Position numbers and translations under genes: made by a program
Assembly: GCF_001194135.2 (NCBI RefSeq)
Contig: NC_068982.1
Location: forward strand, 141,246,717-141,300,299
Reading direction: 5' to 3'
Source: Octopus bimaculoides
Taxonomy: Eukaryota
DNA: 53,583 nucleotides
Shown: positions 1 to 10,700 of the stretch, piece after piece
How the letters are laid out: the number at the start of each line of letters is the position of its first letter
Position numbering within the stretch: position 1 is the stretch's first letter
The notes under the pieces: model-generated
What the model was told of the DNA's origin: nothing
What the model saw: the letters and a program-made list of their open reading frames with translations, nothing else
Databases searched by the model: none

Positions 1-100
1 ATATATATATATATATACGTATATATGTATTTATATTCATATATATATATGCATATATATGTATGTACATATATGTATTTGTGCGTGTGTGTGTGTATAT
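1..100. repeat. (AT)n/(GT)n compound microsatellite
   Basis: Alternating AT, then GT, dinucleotides visible directly. Confidence 0.9.
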
Positions 101-102
101 AT

Positions 103-200
103 GAAAAAAAGACGAAGAGATGTGTATTAGTCTGACGTTCGAGATAATGAAAAAGTCTTTTACGCTACGATCCTGCGCACGTCAACAGAACGGAATGAGT
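103..200 (+). repeat. Short interspersed repeat fragment, degenerate (family shared with 12378-12468)
   Basis: AAAAGACGAAG..GTATTAG..GAAAAAGT..CGA.CCT.CGC blocks are colinear with the reverse complement of 12378-12468. Confidence 0.5.
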
Positions 201-734
201 GTGTGTGTTTGTTCGTGTGTGTGTCTGAATGATCCGAAAAACGCGACTGTGTGGAATTACCAAGAATACTCAAATGTACAAATACATCTATTTTGACTGA
301 TAATTACACTGTACTAGTTATCAACGCTTCATTTTAGACATTTGCTTTATTTGTGCTTGAAGACTATTTGAAAAACTCCTCGACGAGTAAATACGAAAAA
401 TTGTAGGGGCATAAAGCATCCAGTGTAGTTGTAGTGACGTATGTCCTCTCAAATTTATTTCTCTTTACGGTCATACATTGCTTCCTGGATTCAGATCAAC
501 GTTGAAGATCAAAAGTTTCGATTACAAGGAAGCTGGATTTTATATATATTTGATATACAATTTGATGTATGAATATTTCACGAAAGCTGAAGGGCCATCC
601 ATACTCAGAGAATATAAGATCGAAGTGTCTCTTACGGCCGTTGTTTCTTCTGTCGACGTATCGAAACGTAAAAACGAAGAGCAAAAATATCCAGCACCAC
701 CAACAACCACATTACTTACTACTTCTACTACTAT

Positions 735-800
735 AAATGAAAATAGAGATATTACTTCTATCAACACTACTGCTACTACTACCGCTGCCACTCAAGCTGA
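735..800. repeat. Degenerate (ACC/ACT)n trinucleotide tract
   Basis: ccaccaacaaccac..actacttctactact..actactgctactactaccgct; this explains the Thr-rich end of ORF 478-810. Confidence 0.6.
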
Positions 801-1732
801 AAACAGCTAACGATGTACAAAAAAGAACCATTGGCAAGCATTTGTATGTGACATAAAGTGAAAAACAAGTTGTTAAACTCCATTGGCAGCCATAAAACGG
901 CCATAACTTATCGTATAACACAATAGCCACTTCAAAAACTGACGTCAAACAAATTCTCTCTTCAAAACACTTTTGAAATATCAGTTTTCAATAGGTAAAC
1001 AGAAACATAAAACGGGAATGCTGTTTCCTCTAACAGCAACATGAGCATGAAAGCAGTGAAGATTATAAAATTGAGTACACTGAAACGCAAGAAAATGTTA
1101 CAATCGAATAGATTATAGGTATTAGATTAATGTTTAAAAATAATTAAACGACGAGGACTGGTAGATATTATTCAATGTTTTATTAAATAAGTTGTAATAA
1201 TATTCACAACTGAAAGAAAAACACGATTAAATTCCATTTAAACAAAGCTATAATGTATTTCAATACATCAATAAAATAAGAAAACAATGGGAATATGTAC
1301 ACATTTACCTCAGTTGATACGTGGTTGTTTCGTTTCTGTGAAGCAGCTTTATCAAATACACATTATTGCATTGCAATTTATTTTCGGAAAATAAATGTAT
1401 AACACAGAACTACAATAATATACAGAAGAAACACTTTAGCTTTTTCACATATGTCAGGAAATGTTGGGCCAAACTGAATAACACACATGTTAAGATGATG
1501 GAATTATTGACGGGATTTATCGAAACAATATGATGGACACTTAAACAATAAAGAGAACTTAGGCAATCGTGTATAAAAATGTAATAATTAAATTATATGT
1601 ACCTGGTTTCCGATTCGGTTAGAGGAAATATTACTTAAGGAAAACTAGACATCATAGAAACGTGAAATGTGAAGAATCAAAAACAAATGTGGAAATAAAA
1701 GTGCGCAAGAGAATTACAAACTGCATTTAGCA

Positions 1733-1992
1733 TGTCAATTCTTATATCTTATCATAACACTGTCAATTCATCTATCTTATCATAACACATCTATCTTATC
1801 ATAGTATGTTAATTCATCTATCTTATCATAACACATGTATCTTATCATAGTATGTCAATTCATCTATCTTATCATAGTATGTTAATTCATCTATCTTATC
1901 ATAACACATCTATCTTATCATAGTATGTCAATTCATCTATCTTATCATAACACATCTATCTTATCATAACATTCTCTATCTTTTCATAACAT
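1733..1992. repeat. Minisatellite: 16-bp core CATCTATCTTATCATA with two alternative spacers (19-bp and 27-bp units)
   Basis: Cores start at 1741 (degenerate), 1769, 1788, 1815, 1834, 1861, 1888, 1907, 1934, 1953 and about 1972 (degenerate). Spacers are ACA or GTATGTYAATT. Confidence 0.95.
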
Positions 1993-2979
1993 TGACGAAA
2001 CATTTTTCCTTGGTTCCATCTACTTGAATTTTTACATTATATCGAACCTCGATCCAGTTAAAATGCGAGCCATCCGGCGTGGACGTGAGTTTATTGCAGG
2101 TCCACAGGTATGTTCCGTTTAATAGAAGTCCCTGTTACCTGCTGGTGGTCATCCGAAGTTGTGCTGACTGACTAAATTACAGAGAGGCTGGACACCATAA
2201 CAATTACGTCATCGTACCTCTGCTATATTCTTATATTTTTTCCATATATAATGCACAGTCACACAACAACCTCTCTTCGATCATTTGCAATACATTCATT
2301 TCTATTTGCAACACATTTTATAGAATACCTTACTGTATTATTGCAGTGATCATATGACGCCTACACTCTTTGTATTCAATGTGAGCTAACAGCGGAATGT
2401 TCAATACAATGTGAGCTTACAGTTTCAATTGAATCAACTCCAGTCTGCATTTGGTCTAGCACATTTGTTCTGTATTCGTCTTGATTCATTTAAAACTCAT
2501 AGGAAGTCCTCAATTCCTCTCTGCCTTTCTCCCTTTCCTGCGTACAATCGGTTATTTATTACTTCTGCAAGAAATGTTACTTTTTACCATTGGTAGAAAG
2601 GTAGATTTTGCTCCCTTTTTTATACTAAAATATTTGCTTCTTATTAAAGCTCTTCCCTCTTTCATTCTTTTCTGAATTTGCTAGATCTTGCCTTTTGGCT
2701 CTGTTGCTGTTCTACGAGCGTTTGGGACACCAACTAATCAAATTACAAACGTAGTGATATCAAATACGTGAGATAAACCTATGCACCCTGATTGTTAGTT
2801 AAATAAAAGTTAAGTTTCTCAAATGCGACTATTAGTGGCAAAGATATGCAGGTGAATACTTACAGTGGTTTTCTAAAGATCAGGAAATGAAGAGGAAATA
2901 AATACAACGGCAATATGTGATACGTTGGAAATCATATGATCCGTAATGCTACAGATTTAAAGATAGCATTTTCATAACG

Positions 2980-3420
2980 TTTTCTGACAGTGAGTTCCCA
3001 CAAGTCGGATGTTTCTAAGAGAAGTCAGCATATTAGGTTTCTGTGATATTAATGGATAATTTTTTGAAGGAGGGAGTGGGCGCATCTTGTGCCTCAAACA
3101 TACGTATAGCATTACATGTAGCTGAGGTATCTCTAAGCGAACTGGCCGGCTTCCTACAAAGCAAATCACCTGAGAGCGAGAAGAAGATTCAGAGAGAAAT
3201 AGATGTAGGGAAGGAGACAGGAACAGAGATAGCGAGGTCATTGGGTAGGAGAAAGAACGTATCTAGATAGGAAAATTAAAATCTCACGATGGTGCTTCAA
3301 TAACATATGTACTTTACTACTTTCCCTGTCTGATGGCTCCGGTACTGAGCTGTCATCTTCCGTAGACGAATTCGCTGAGTAGGTAAAAAGGGTGTGTGAT
3401 GTAGGTTGCAAGGGGGAGAA
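2980..3420 (-). mobile_element. Penelope-like element, degenerate RT C-terminal (thumb) fragment
   Basis: Minus-strand frameshifted translation resembles the PLE RT C-terminus. TLFTYSANSS ~ LKFT.EIS; IRQGK**STYV ~ I.NGKLSTSVY.KPTD; cttctcgctctcaggtgatttgct ~ LRLRRICS; HSLLQKIIH; RNIRLV ~ RIPLV. Confidence 0.4.
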
Positions 3421-4007
3421 AGAAAGAGAAACCATGAAGAGAAATCTCGATCATTAGCAAGTACATGCTTTTTGACGCGCTATATTGCGCTTTTACTTTG
3501 CGTCAAATGAGTTTTTCTATTCTAACCAAATAATTGCTCTTGCTATTTTCCCATATTTTTCAATGACATTAATTTTAAATAATTAATTCATGTTAATGAT
3601 GTTAACAATTTTTCCTATCATTTTTTGTAAAAATTCTTACACCAAGTCTCTCCTTGCATTAATTATAAATTTGCTTTGTTATCCTGTCCCTCCTCTTCCT
3701 CACGCTACAACTTATTAACCAGGAAATTTCATTATAAGTTTCATATCTCCGGGATCACACGGTCCATCTCATTCTCTCTCACTCTCTTTCAATCCTTTTG
3801 TCACTACCTCTCTCTCCCACACACTCTCGCTCATTTACCCTGTATATTCCTCTGAGGACCAGTGCGCGAACTGTGTAATTAATAGATATGTGTAGGTGTT
3901 GCGCATCTAATTTGTACATTCAGTCATAAAATACTGAAAATCTATTGCAAAATAATACTTTTTTCTACTTGTAACCGTCGTCTACATTTAGTCCACTTTT
4001 ATCCTTC

Positions 4008-4190
4008 AGTGCCGCGCCGGGCAAATACTTCACCGATCTTTACTTTCTGAGTTCAAATGTCGCCGAGGTCGACCTTGCCTTTCATCTCGTCGAGGTCGAT
4101 AAAATAAGTACTAGTTGATTGCAGGGTCGATGTAGTTGATTAACACACTTCTCCGAAATTATTGGCCTTGAGCCAGATTTGGAAGTCAAT
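4008..4190 (+). mobile_element. tRNA-derived SINE, family A (Octopus OK/OR-type)
   Basis: B-box-like GAGTTCAAAT followed by GCCGAGGTCGACCTTGCCTTTCATC..GGTCGATAAAATAAGTAC; same blocks as the copy at 40191-40400. Confidence 0.85.
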
Positions 4191-4284
4191 TTTATCATTT
4201 TATTTATTTCCACCATTACCTCCCGAATTAAAGATTATTCAGTCGAATAAATCTACCACAGTACGCCTTTTTAAAGTCTGATAT

Positions 4285-4581
4285 CTATTCTACCAGAATA
4301 TTTATCCGAACCGATAAGTTACTGGGACGTAAACACACCAACATCGGTTTTGAACAGGTGCTGGGGACAAACAAATACACAAAGACACACGCACATATAT
4401 ATGCATGTATATATATATAATGGGCTTCTGTCAGTTTCCATCGATCAGATCCACTCACCAGACGTTCGTCGGCCCAAGGGTATAGTAAAATGTATTTAAG
4501 GAAGGTTCCACACAGTGGCACTCAAACGTGAACCATGTGGTTGGGAAGCAAATTTCTAACCACACAGCCATGCCTGCGCCT
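4285..4581 (-). mobile_element. tRNA-derived SINE, family B
   Basis: Reverse complement begins GGCGCAGGCATGGCTGTGTGGTT; it matches the + copy at 29764 (CCACAGTGGCAC / GAAACTGACAGAAGCCC blocks) and has an internal (AT/GT) tract. Confidence 0.85.
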
Positions 4582-5719
4582 TTAGCTATAATATTTTCCG
4601 TTAGTGTTGTTATGTATAAATAATTAATAGTCACTAATGATCTTAATGTTTATTCCTATTCCTTTTCCATAAGTTCCCCACAACTTCTCTCAGATTATTA
4701 ATGATGAATTTGTATTGCTTCACTTTTCTATCTCTAGTATTTCATCCTAAACCATCGAAGTTATTCAGCTTTTCTGTATTTCAAATTCTGCTTCCTCCTA
4801 TCACTTTCGTTCTCACTTCTCTGTCTTCCTATCTTTCTCCCACTCCTCGCAATCACACAAAAAGAAGAGTGGCTCATTGTGAGACCTATCAGCTTGTGTT
4901 TATAGCAAAATGAACAAGCTTTGGGCAACAGATCATGTGACTTTTCTTGTTTACAAATATTATTTTTTAATATATTTCTGTCCTACAAAACGACAAATAT
5001 CATTATTAATTTTTCTTAATGTCGATACTTATAAATAATTAATTAATAATTGTTAATGGGATTAATGTATTACCTTCGTGTATATATTACAGAAATTCTG
5101 ATATCAATTCTTTCACAAACTCATTGCCGTCGTATTTCTCATAGTTGACAACATTCATATGAGAGAAGTTCAGTTCGCATTGGATGTTATTTACTGCATA
5201 TCCCATACAGTATTTTAGGTACTGTTATACTGTTTTCATTTAGTTCATATTTCAGTGACATAATCTGCATGCTAGCATTTCTTGCAGTATTTACTTCATA
5301 ATTATATATGCACCTTCTGTATTTTTCCTTTCCTTTTAATTCTTATCTCTTATCCCCGATGACCTGATACTATCTGATTGGAAACACTGCATTTAGTCAC
5401 TTATATTATTGTAGTTAGTTCCACCTATTCAGAAAAATGTTTCTTTGTTTATGAATTACTTATTTTAATAATGAATAACAATAATACTTAAATCGTCTAA
5501 ATTTCCTGATGTTTTTTTTTTATATGGATATATATATACAAGAACACGTTGTGCATTTCCTTCGCAAATGTGTAGTAATCCGTAATTATGTTCTCTAGTG
5601 AGGTACTTAAACTCACAATTTCGATGATGCGTTATATTTTTTGGCAGGAAATGTGTCCCTCTAGAAATTACGTGGGTATTTTTTTTTATCTATTTATATT
5701 TAGCAATTAAAGTTCATAG

Positions 5720-6480
5720 TCTACTTAGCCAACACAAAAACAACTACACCAACCTCGAGATCTTGTGAATAATGTACTAGAAACCTATTAAAATTATAAA
5801 TAAAATCTCTAGCACGAACAGCACAAATTCCTGTGAGATTTTTAGAAAGCAAATCGCCAATGTTATATAGAATTCTTTGCAACGTGAAATCTATAAGCAT
5901 TACAGGTTTTACGGTTTCCAATTTCCTCACAGTTTAGAGTCACATTAGTGGAACTTCAAACCACGCTGTTTCAAAACAAACTTAATAAAACTTCAGCATA
6001 ATGGAAAGTGGTGATCTGCTGCCGAAGATATATAGTAATGATTGTTTTCAACTATTAACTATTCGATATTATAGATGTGTTAACAACAAAGAAGATGAGG
6101 ACAAATATCTGTCAAATATAAATAATATAAATAATGTATTCGATATTATTTTTCCGAAAAGGCATTCGAAATTTATTATTTCAATAACACATTGTAGGAG
6201 GTCATGCATCATTATTAGATTTGAAGATTCCGTTATTTTCAGAATTAGTCATCAATGGGGAGAATTTGAAGAAGGAATATTTTAAGATTATTTCAAACGA
6301 GACACCCACATACGATACGATTAAAAATAAAAGCAATATCTTTATTACAAATTGTAGCAGATGAATTCGGTATTACAAGCTCATATATTAAGATAACAAA
6401 TCATGAGAATATCTTTGTTAAAGTTTGTTCTAATCGATTATAAATGCAAACAAGCTCAGCATAATGCCATAAATCCGTTA
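5720..6480 (-). mobile_element. Very old mariner transposase fossil (tentative)
   Basis: With the micro-insert removed, the minus strand reads LIVENNH...LKQRGLK, resembling the mariner second HTH. Short colinear matches to 10170-10490. Confidence 0.25.
6073..6136 (+). mobile_element. Micro-insertion (64 bp) flanked by a perfect 13-bp target-site duplication
   Basis: TATTCGATATTAT at 6060-6072 and 6137-6149; core 6076-6137 is 57/62 identical to 10094-10155. Confidence 0.8.
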
Positions 6481-6976
6481 TTAAATATCATCTCTATTTT
6501 CTCTTTGAGACGCGTTAGTGATATTAAATGCCACGAACGAATGATGCACATTAATACAAAAAAGTGTCTGAAGCATATGGTTAGTCTTATAATGAATGAC
6601 ACATGCATTTGGGATAATGAACATTGATTTCTCATTGCTTTGCTAGACATTTCCTTTCAAACTCTACGAAGGTGATAATTAGAGCTCATGGTAAATTCAT
6701 TCAATTAATTTTTCTTTATTAAAAGATGAAGTAATATTTTGTTTCATTAAATATTAAAGCAAAGTCTCATACAATATCAAATAACATGTTCTAAGATTTT
6801 AGTGAGAGTAATACATACTTTTTTATTAACAACGAAATACTGAGATGCACATGATAAATGAGCAATTTCTTCGAATGATCTAATTAAGAGGCAATAGAGA
6901 AACCGTTATAATGCTATTCCTGAGGTGTAATGTCTTGCACATTATCGTTTTAGAAACTATATAATATAATGTTGTG

Positions 6977-7297
6977 AAAGCGCATAGGTTAGTGGTTAGG
7001 GCATTTGACTCCCGATCGTTAGACTGGGATTTTGATTCCCGTCAGCTCATTGAGTCCTTGAGCGAGATGTCTTATGTCACCTTCCTCCAGCCACCTCAGC
7101 TCTAAGAAAGGGGTTGTACCTGTAATTCAAAGAATCAGCCTTGTCAGATTCTGTGTCACGCTGAATTTCATTGAGAATTACAGTGACGGTATGCCTGTCT
7201 GTGAAATACTCAGCCGCCACTACGCTAATTTCACGAGAAGGCTGCTCCGTTGATCGGATCAACTGGAGCTGTTATCGTCGTAACCGACAAAGTGTTA
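6977..7297 (+). mobile_element. tRNA-derived SINE, family C
   Basis: A-box-like TAGTGGTTAGGG and B-box-like GGGATTTTGATTCCC at tRNA-like spacing; about 320-bp GC-richer island ending GATCGGATCAACTGG..TCGTCGTAACCGAC. Confidence 0.65.
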
Positions 7298-7389
7298 GTT
7301 TAATATTTGGTTGGATAATATTGACTATACTAATACACTCATAAGTCTATATATTATCTATTCATTCGAATATTATGCAAGAGCCAACA

Positions 7390-9197
7390 TTGCTACATTC
7401 ACCCACCTTTTATTGAATCTTTCATGAGACAAAACTTGCCTCTCTATTCTCACCTTCCTTTTCAAGTGTTACCTGAAAATGTTGATCAGCGATTGGCCAG
7501 AGAGGAAAGTGTTTGTCCCTAAACCTTTCACTCTAGTCCACCACACGCATACTTTCACCATGGCCACCAGTGCGATGAAAACTGCTTTAACCTCCTGGTT
7601 AAGGGAAGGTGGCGGTGCAATTTTCACGATAGACTCGGTCAACAACCGAATGCGTCCCACACGTGACAGCAGCCGTTAGGCATAAGCCCACAAGTCCGAA
7701 ATGGTTCGACGCTGCACGAGTGTGTGCAGAAAGGTTTCGTCGCTCTGACCGCATTTGGGCACGTCGGTCTGGTGTATCTCGTACAGTGTATGTAGAGCTT
7801 ATCCCAAACAGGCAATGCATCCCGATAGCACTGCCACGTCAAGGATCTCTGGGGATTGTTCATAGGTCCTGGCCCGAAAGTTGTCCTGAACAGGCGGGTC
7901 AGGTGCTCCTCGTTCACGCCCAGATTCTCCCCGACAACGTTAACCCACCTCTCCTGCATTAATCCTCTATAGAACGCATTCGTGGAATTGAAGTTGCATA
8001 AGTTTCGCACCGGGCGGCAGAGTTGCTTGAAAGCAAGGCGGCACTCACGGTGCCGTTCGGCTAGCCTCGATCTCTANNNNNNNNNNNNNNNNNNNNNNNN
8101 NNNNNNNNNNNNNNNNNNNNNNNNNNNNNNNNNNNNNNNNNNNNNNNNNNNNNNNNNNNNNNNNNNNNNNNNNNNNNNNNNNNNNNNNNNNNNNNNNNNN
8201 NNNNNNNNNNNNNNNNNNNNNNNNNNNNNNNNNNNNNNNNNNNNNNNNNNNNGAAAGCGCGCCTGACAAACGGTAACCACACCTGTTCACCATCGTCCAT
8301 GAAGCGCCGGAGATGTCGCAGTCATAGCGCATGTCTGCGCCTCATCAACCACAGCATTCCACTCCTCCATTTATCGCGTGTTGACAGCAAATGGATCACC
8401 TAACCATCGGAATAATATGAGTTCTAATTTGGTGATGGTAGGGTCGGGACAAAGCACGACGGTCAGACGGTAATCGATGACGCATGCGATGTACGCGTTC
8501 GCCTCCTCCGCCCGACATTTTAGGGATAGCTTCTTCTCGGCCCATTGCTGGATGAGAGTAGCCATCCTACTCGTTATCTTGTCCCTGTTCTACTAAATTT
8601 AAGGGTCCGGACCGAACGAGATCCCGAGCAATTTAACCGGTCCGTCGGTCCAGCGTCCCACAATGGAGACGCTGTTGGACGGGTTGGGCTTACTTCTCCA
8701 GGTGACGAGCCGCAAGTCCACTGACTGTACCCGTTTAATTTTCGGTCCCGTTACCGCTTCGTATTATTTTAGTGTCTCGCCGACCAAGTTGATATGCTTG
8801 AGGCTCGACACTATCACGGTGGCAACAACCGCGTATGCAGACACTCTCCTCCTGCATCTCAGTTTTCGAGGGATGCCCCTCATCGTCGCCAGCGTCCGCA
8901 GTAGTGGCTCTAGAGTCAATACGTACAAAAGCGACGAGGGGGGACATTCTTGCCTGACCGAAAGCGAGATATTAAATGGTCTTGACGGAGGGCCATTTAC
9001 ACGAACTACCACGCAGATGCCGCTGTACAAGGCAGTGATCCAACCGCGGAAGACGGGACCTAAGCCAGCCGCTCTAAGGACAGCCTCCAAGTAGTGATGG
9101 TCGACCCAATCGAAACCTTTCGGTTGATCCAAATTGATCAGCACCCCACCTATGCCACGTTCCTTAACTACCCTGTCTATGATGTAGCGCATCAGAT
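7390..9197 (-). mobile_element. Tx1/L1-clade non-LTR retrotransposon, 5'-truncated ORF2 (RT plus C-terminal CCHC zinc knuckle), pseudogenised
   Basis: RT motifs LINLDQPKGFDWVDH (LDxxKAFDxV), VRQECPPSSLLYVL (RQGCPLSPLLY), SAYAVV (YADD), KLLGISF, QWAEKKLSL. C-terminal TCP(K)C..ET..H...C and end KRKVRIERQVLS..RF.KRWVNVA. Stops and frameshifts present; N-gap at 8077-8252. Confidence 0.92.
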
Positions 9198-9250
9198 AGA
9201 TAGATAGATAGATATATAGATAGATAGATAGATAGATAGATTGATAGATT

Positions 9251-9316
<66 letters not shown>

Positions 9317-9319
9317 CAG
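9194..9319. repeat. (GATA)n microsatellite
   Basis: About 30 GATA units with a few GATT/TATA interruptions. Confidence 0.98.
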
Positions 9320-9339
9320 GTATCTGTGCACACACACAT

Positions 9340-10700
9340 ATACAGAAGAACCTCGGGGATGCTATGACAAATTCATCGACATGACGTACTATGTCTCTTA
9401 TTAATAACGCAGTACTTATTGATGCAGATGAAATATGAACTCCATCTCTGCAGTAAGTAATGTAGTATAGGGTTTCAACAGCATCAATTTTCAATTTGGA
9501 TTCTATTTAATGAAATATACGCTTATCAATGATGGTTGTATTTGTAATATAGATTCAATCTAGTGAGAAACGTAGGATTTCCTTAAGGTAGAAATCAGTG
9601 CATATGGCTTGATAGGACTCCATTGTGTTATAGTTAACTGTACAGCAGTTATTTACATTCAGCCACACGTAACTAAGCCATGATAACTTGTCAACTACAT
9701 ATGCCAAATCATTTTCGCATTTCAATGGAATTCATGGATGACTTAAAGCACATATGCTTCCAATGGACTTTTTCAATACAAGTGAGCATAAAAGTTATCC
9801 ATTCATCATGGCTTCTAAATTTAAAATATTTCCAACTCAGTAAGCTTAATATTCTAGTGGATGTACGTTTGACGACATTTCTCTTTATATTTCATTTAAC
9901 ATTAGACATGGAATTAGAAACACTTCACTTCGTTCGATATCTCCTGCCAGCATGTTGTATAATCACCACAAGCATGTCTCCTTTACTGATGACGTAAAAC
10001 TCAAGTGTCCTCAAGTAATGACTCTCATGGTGTTCATGGAGAACAATTGAACGTAATACAGTTCTATATTTAAGAGATGAGGAATTATTTACGTGTGTTA
10101 ACAACAAACAAGATGAGGACGAATATCCGTCAAATGTAAATAATGTAAATAATGTAATTGAACGTAATGGTTTACCAAAGACAAATCTTTATATTGACTA
10201 CATTCAAAACAATTTAAGCGATAGGGATAAATATAGGCGAGATTATACGTTGCCATATTTTCAGATTTTATACTTCATGATCAGGATAGAAAGTCCAGTG
10301 CACTACAGACGCAGAAATCGAGTGAGACTCCAATCAGTGTGAAATGATATTGCGGAAGTATAACATTACGATAATGAAACGGATTTCGGTTGCAGTAAAC
10401 CAATTTGAAAATGAAAATTTCACATGTGAAACAGAATATTATTAATCGATATAAAGACAAATTGTAAAAGTTAATATAATGCAGTGGCAGACAGAAAGTG
10501 TTTCAAATTGTAATTCTAAATTAAGATAAAATACATATTGAAAAGAAAATTACAACAAAACCACATGAGTAGTCATTAAAAAGAAATCTAATGAATGTAA
10601 ATTAATAACAATTACATACAAATTTCAAAGAGATATCGCTGTATCTGGTCACCAAGTTTCGCAGGATACCTATGTTCCTTTATTTGACTATTAGATACTG
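9340..10700 (-). mobile_element. Very old mariner transposase fossil (tentative)
   Basis: Minus-strand fragments EIRFIIVMLYF, aatatggcaacgtataatctcg (~KNGNYNL), RILSLLS..RSHDEWITF (~CxSLL..VTGDEKWI) and ETLYYITYC occur in mariner order. Confidence 0.25.
10058..10155 (+). mobile_element. Micro-insertion (98 bp) with perfect 13-bp target-site duplication and an apparent internal inversion
   Basis: AATTGAACGTAAT at 10045-10057 and 10156-10168; core shared with 6076-6137; extra left segment ends in ATTATTTAC, the reverse complement of the tail unit GTAAATAAT. Confidence 0.8.

Noticed and set aside
478-810. 110-aa ORF with a Thr-rich tail
   Set aside because: It has a non-ATG start and the tail derives from a trinucleotide repeat; no recognisable domain.
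1733-1992. CRISPR-like array
   Set aside because: Spacers are just two recurring short sequences, the DNA is eukaryotic, and no cas genes are present; it is a minisatellite.
3043-3270. Protein-like + ORF (..NFLKEGVGASC..)
   Set aside because: The acceptor context is poor; it is more simply the antisense shadow of a Penelope-like RT fragment.
6977-7070. tRNA gene
   Set aside because: A/B-box-like motifs are present, but there is no full cloverleaf and it continues into a SINE body. The same applies to the other SINE heads.
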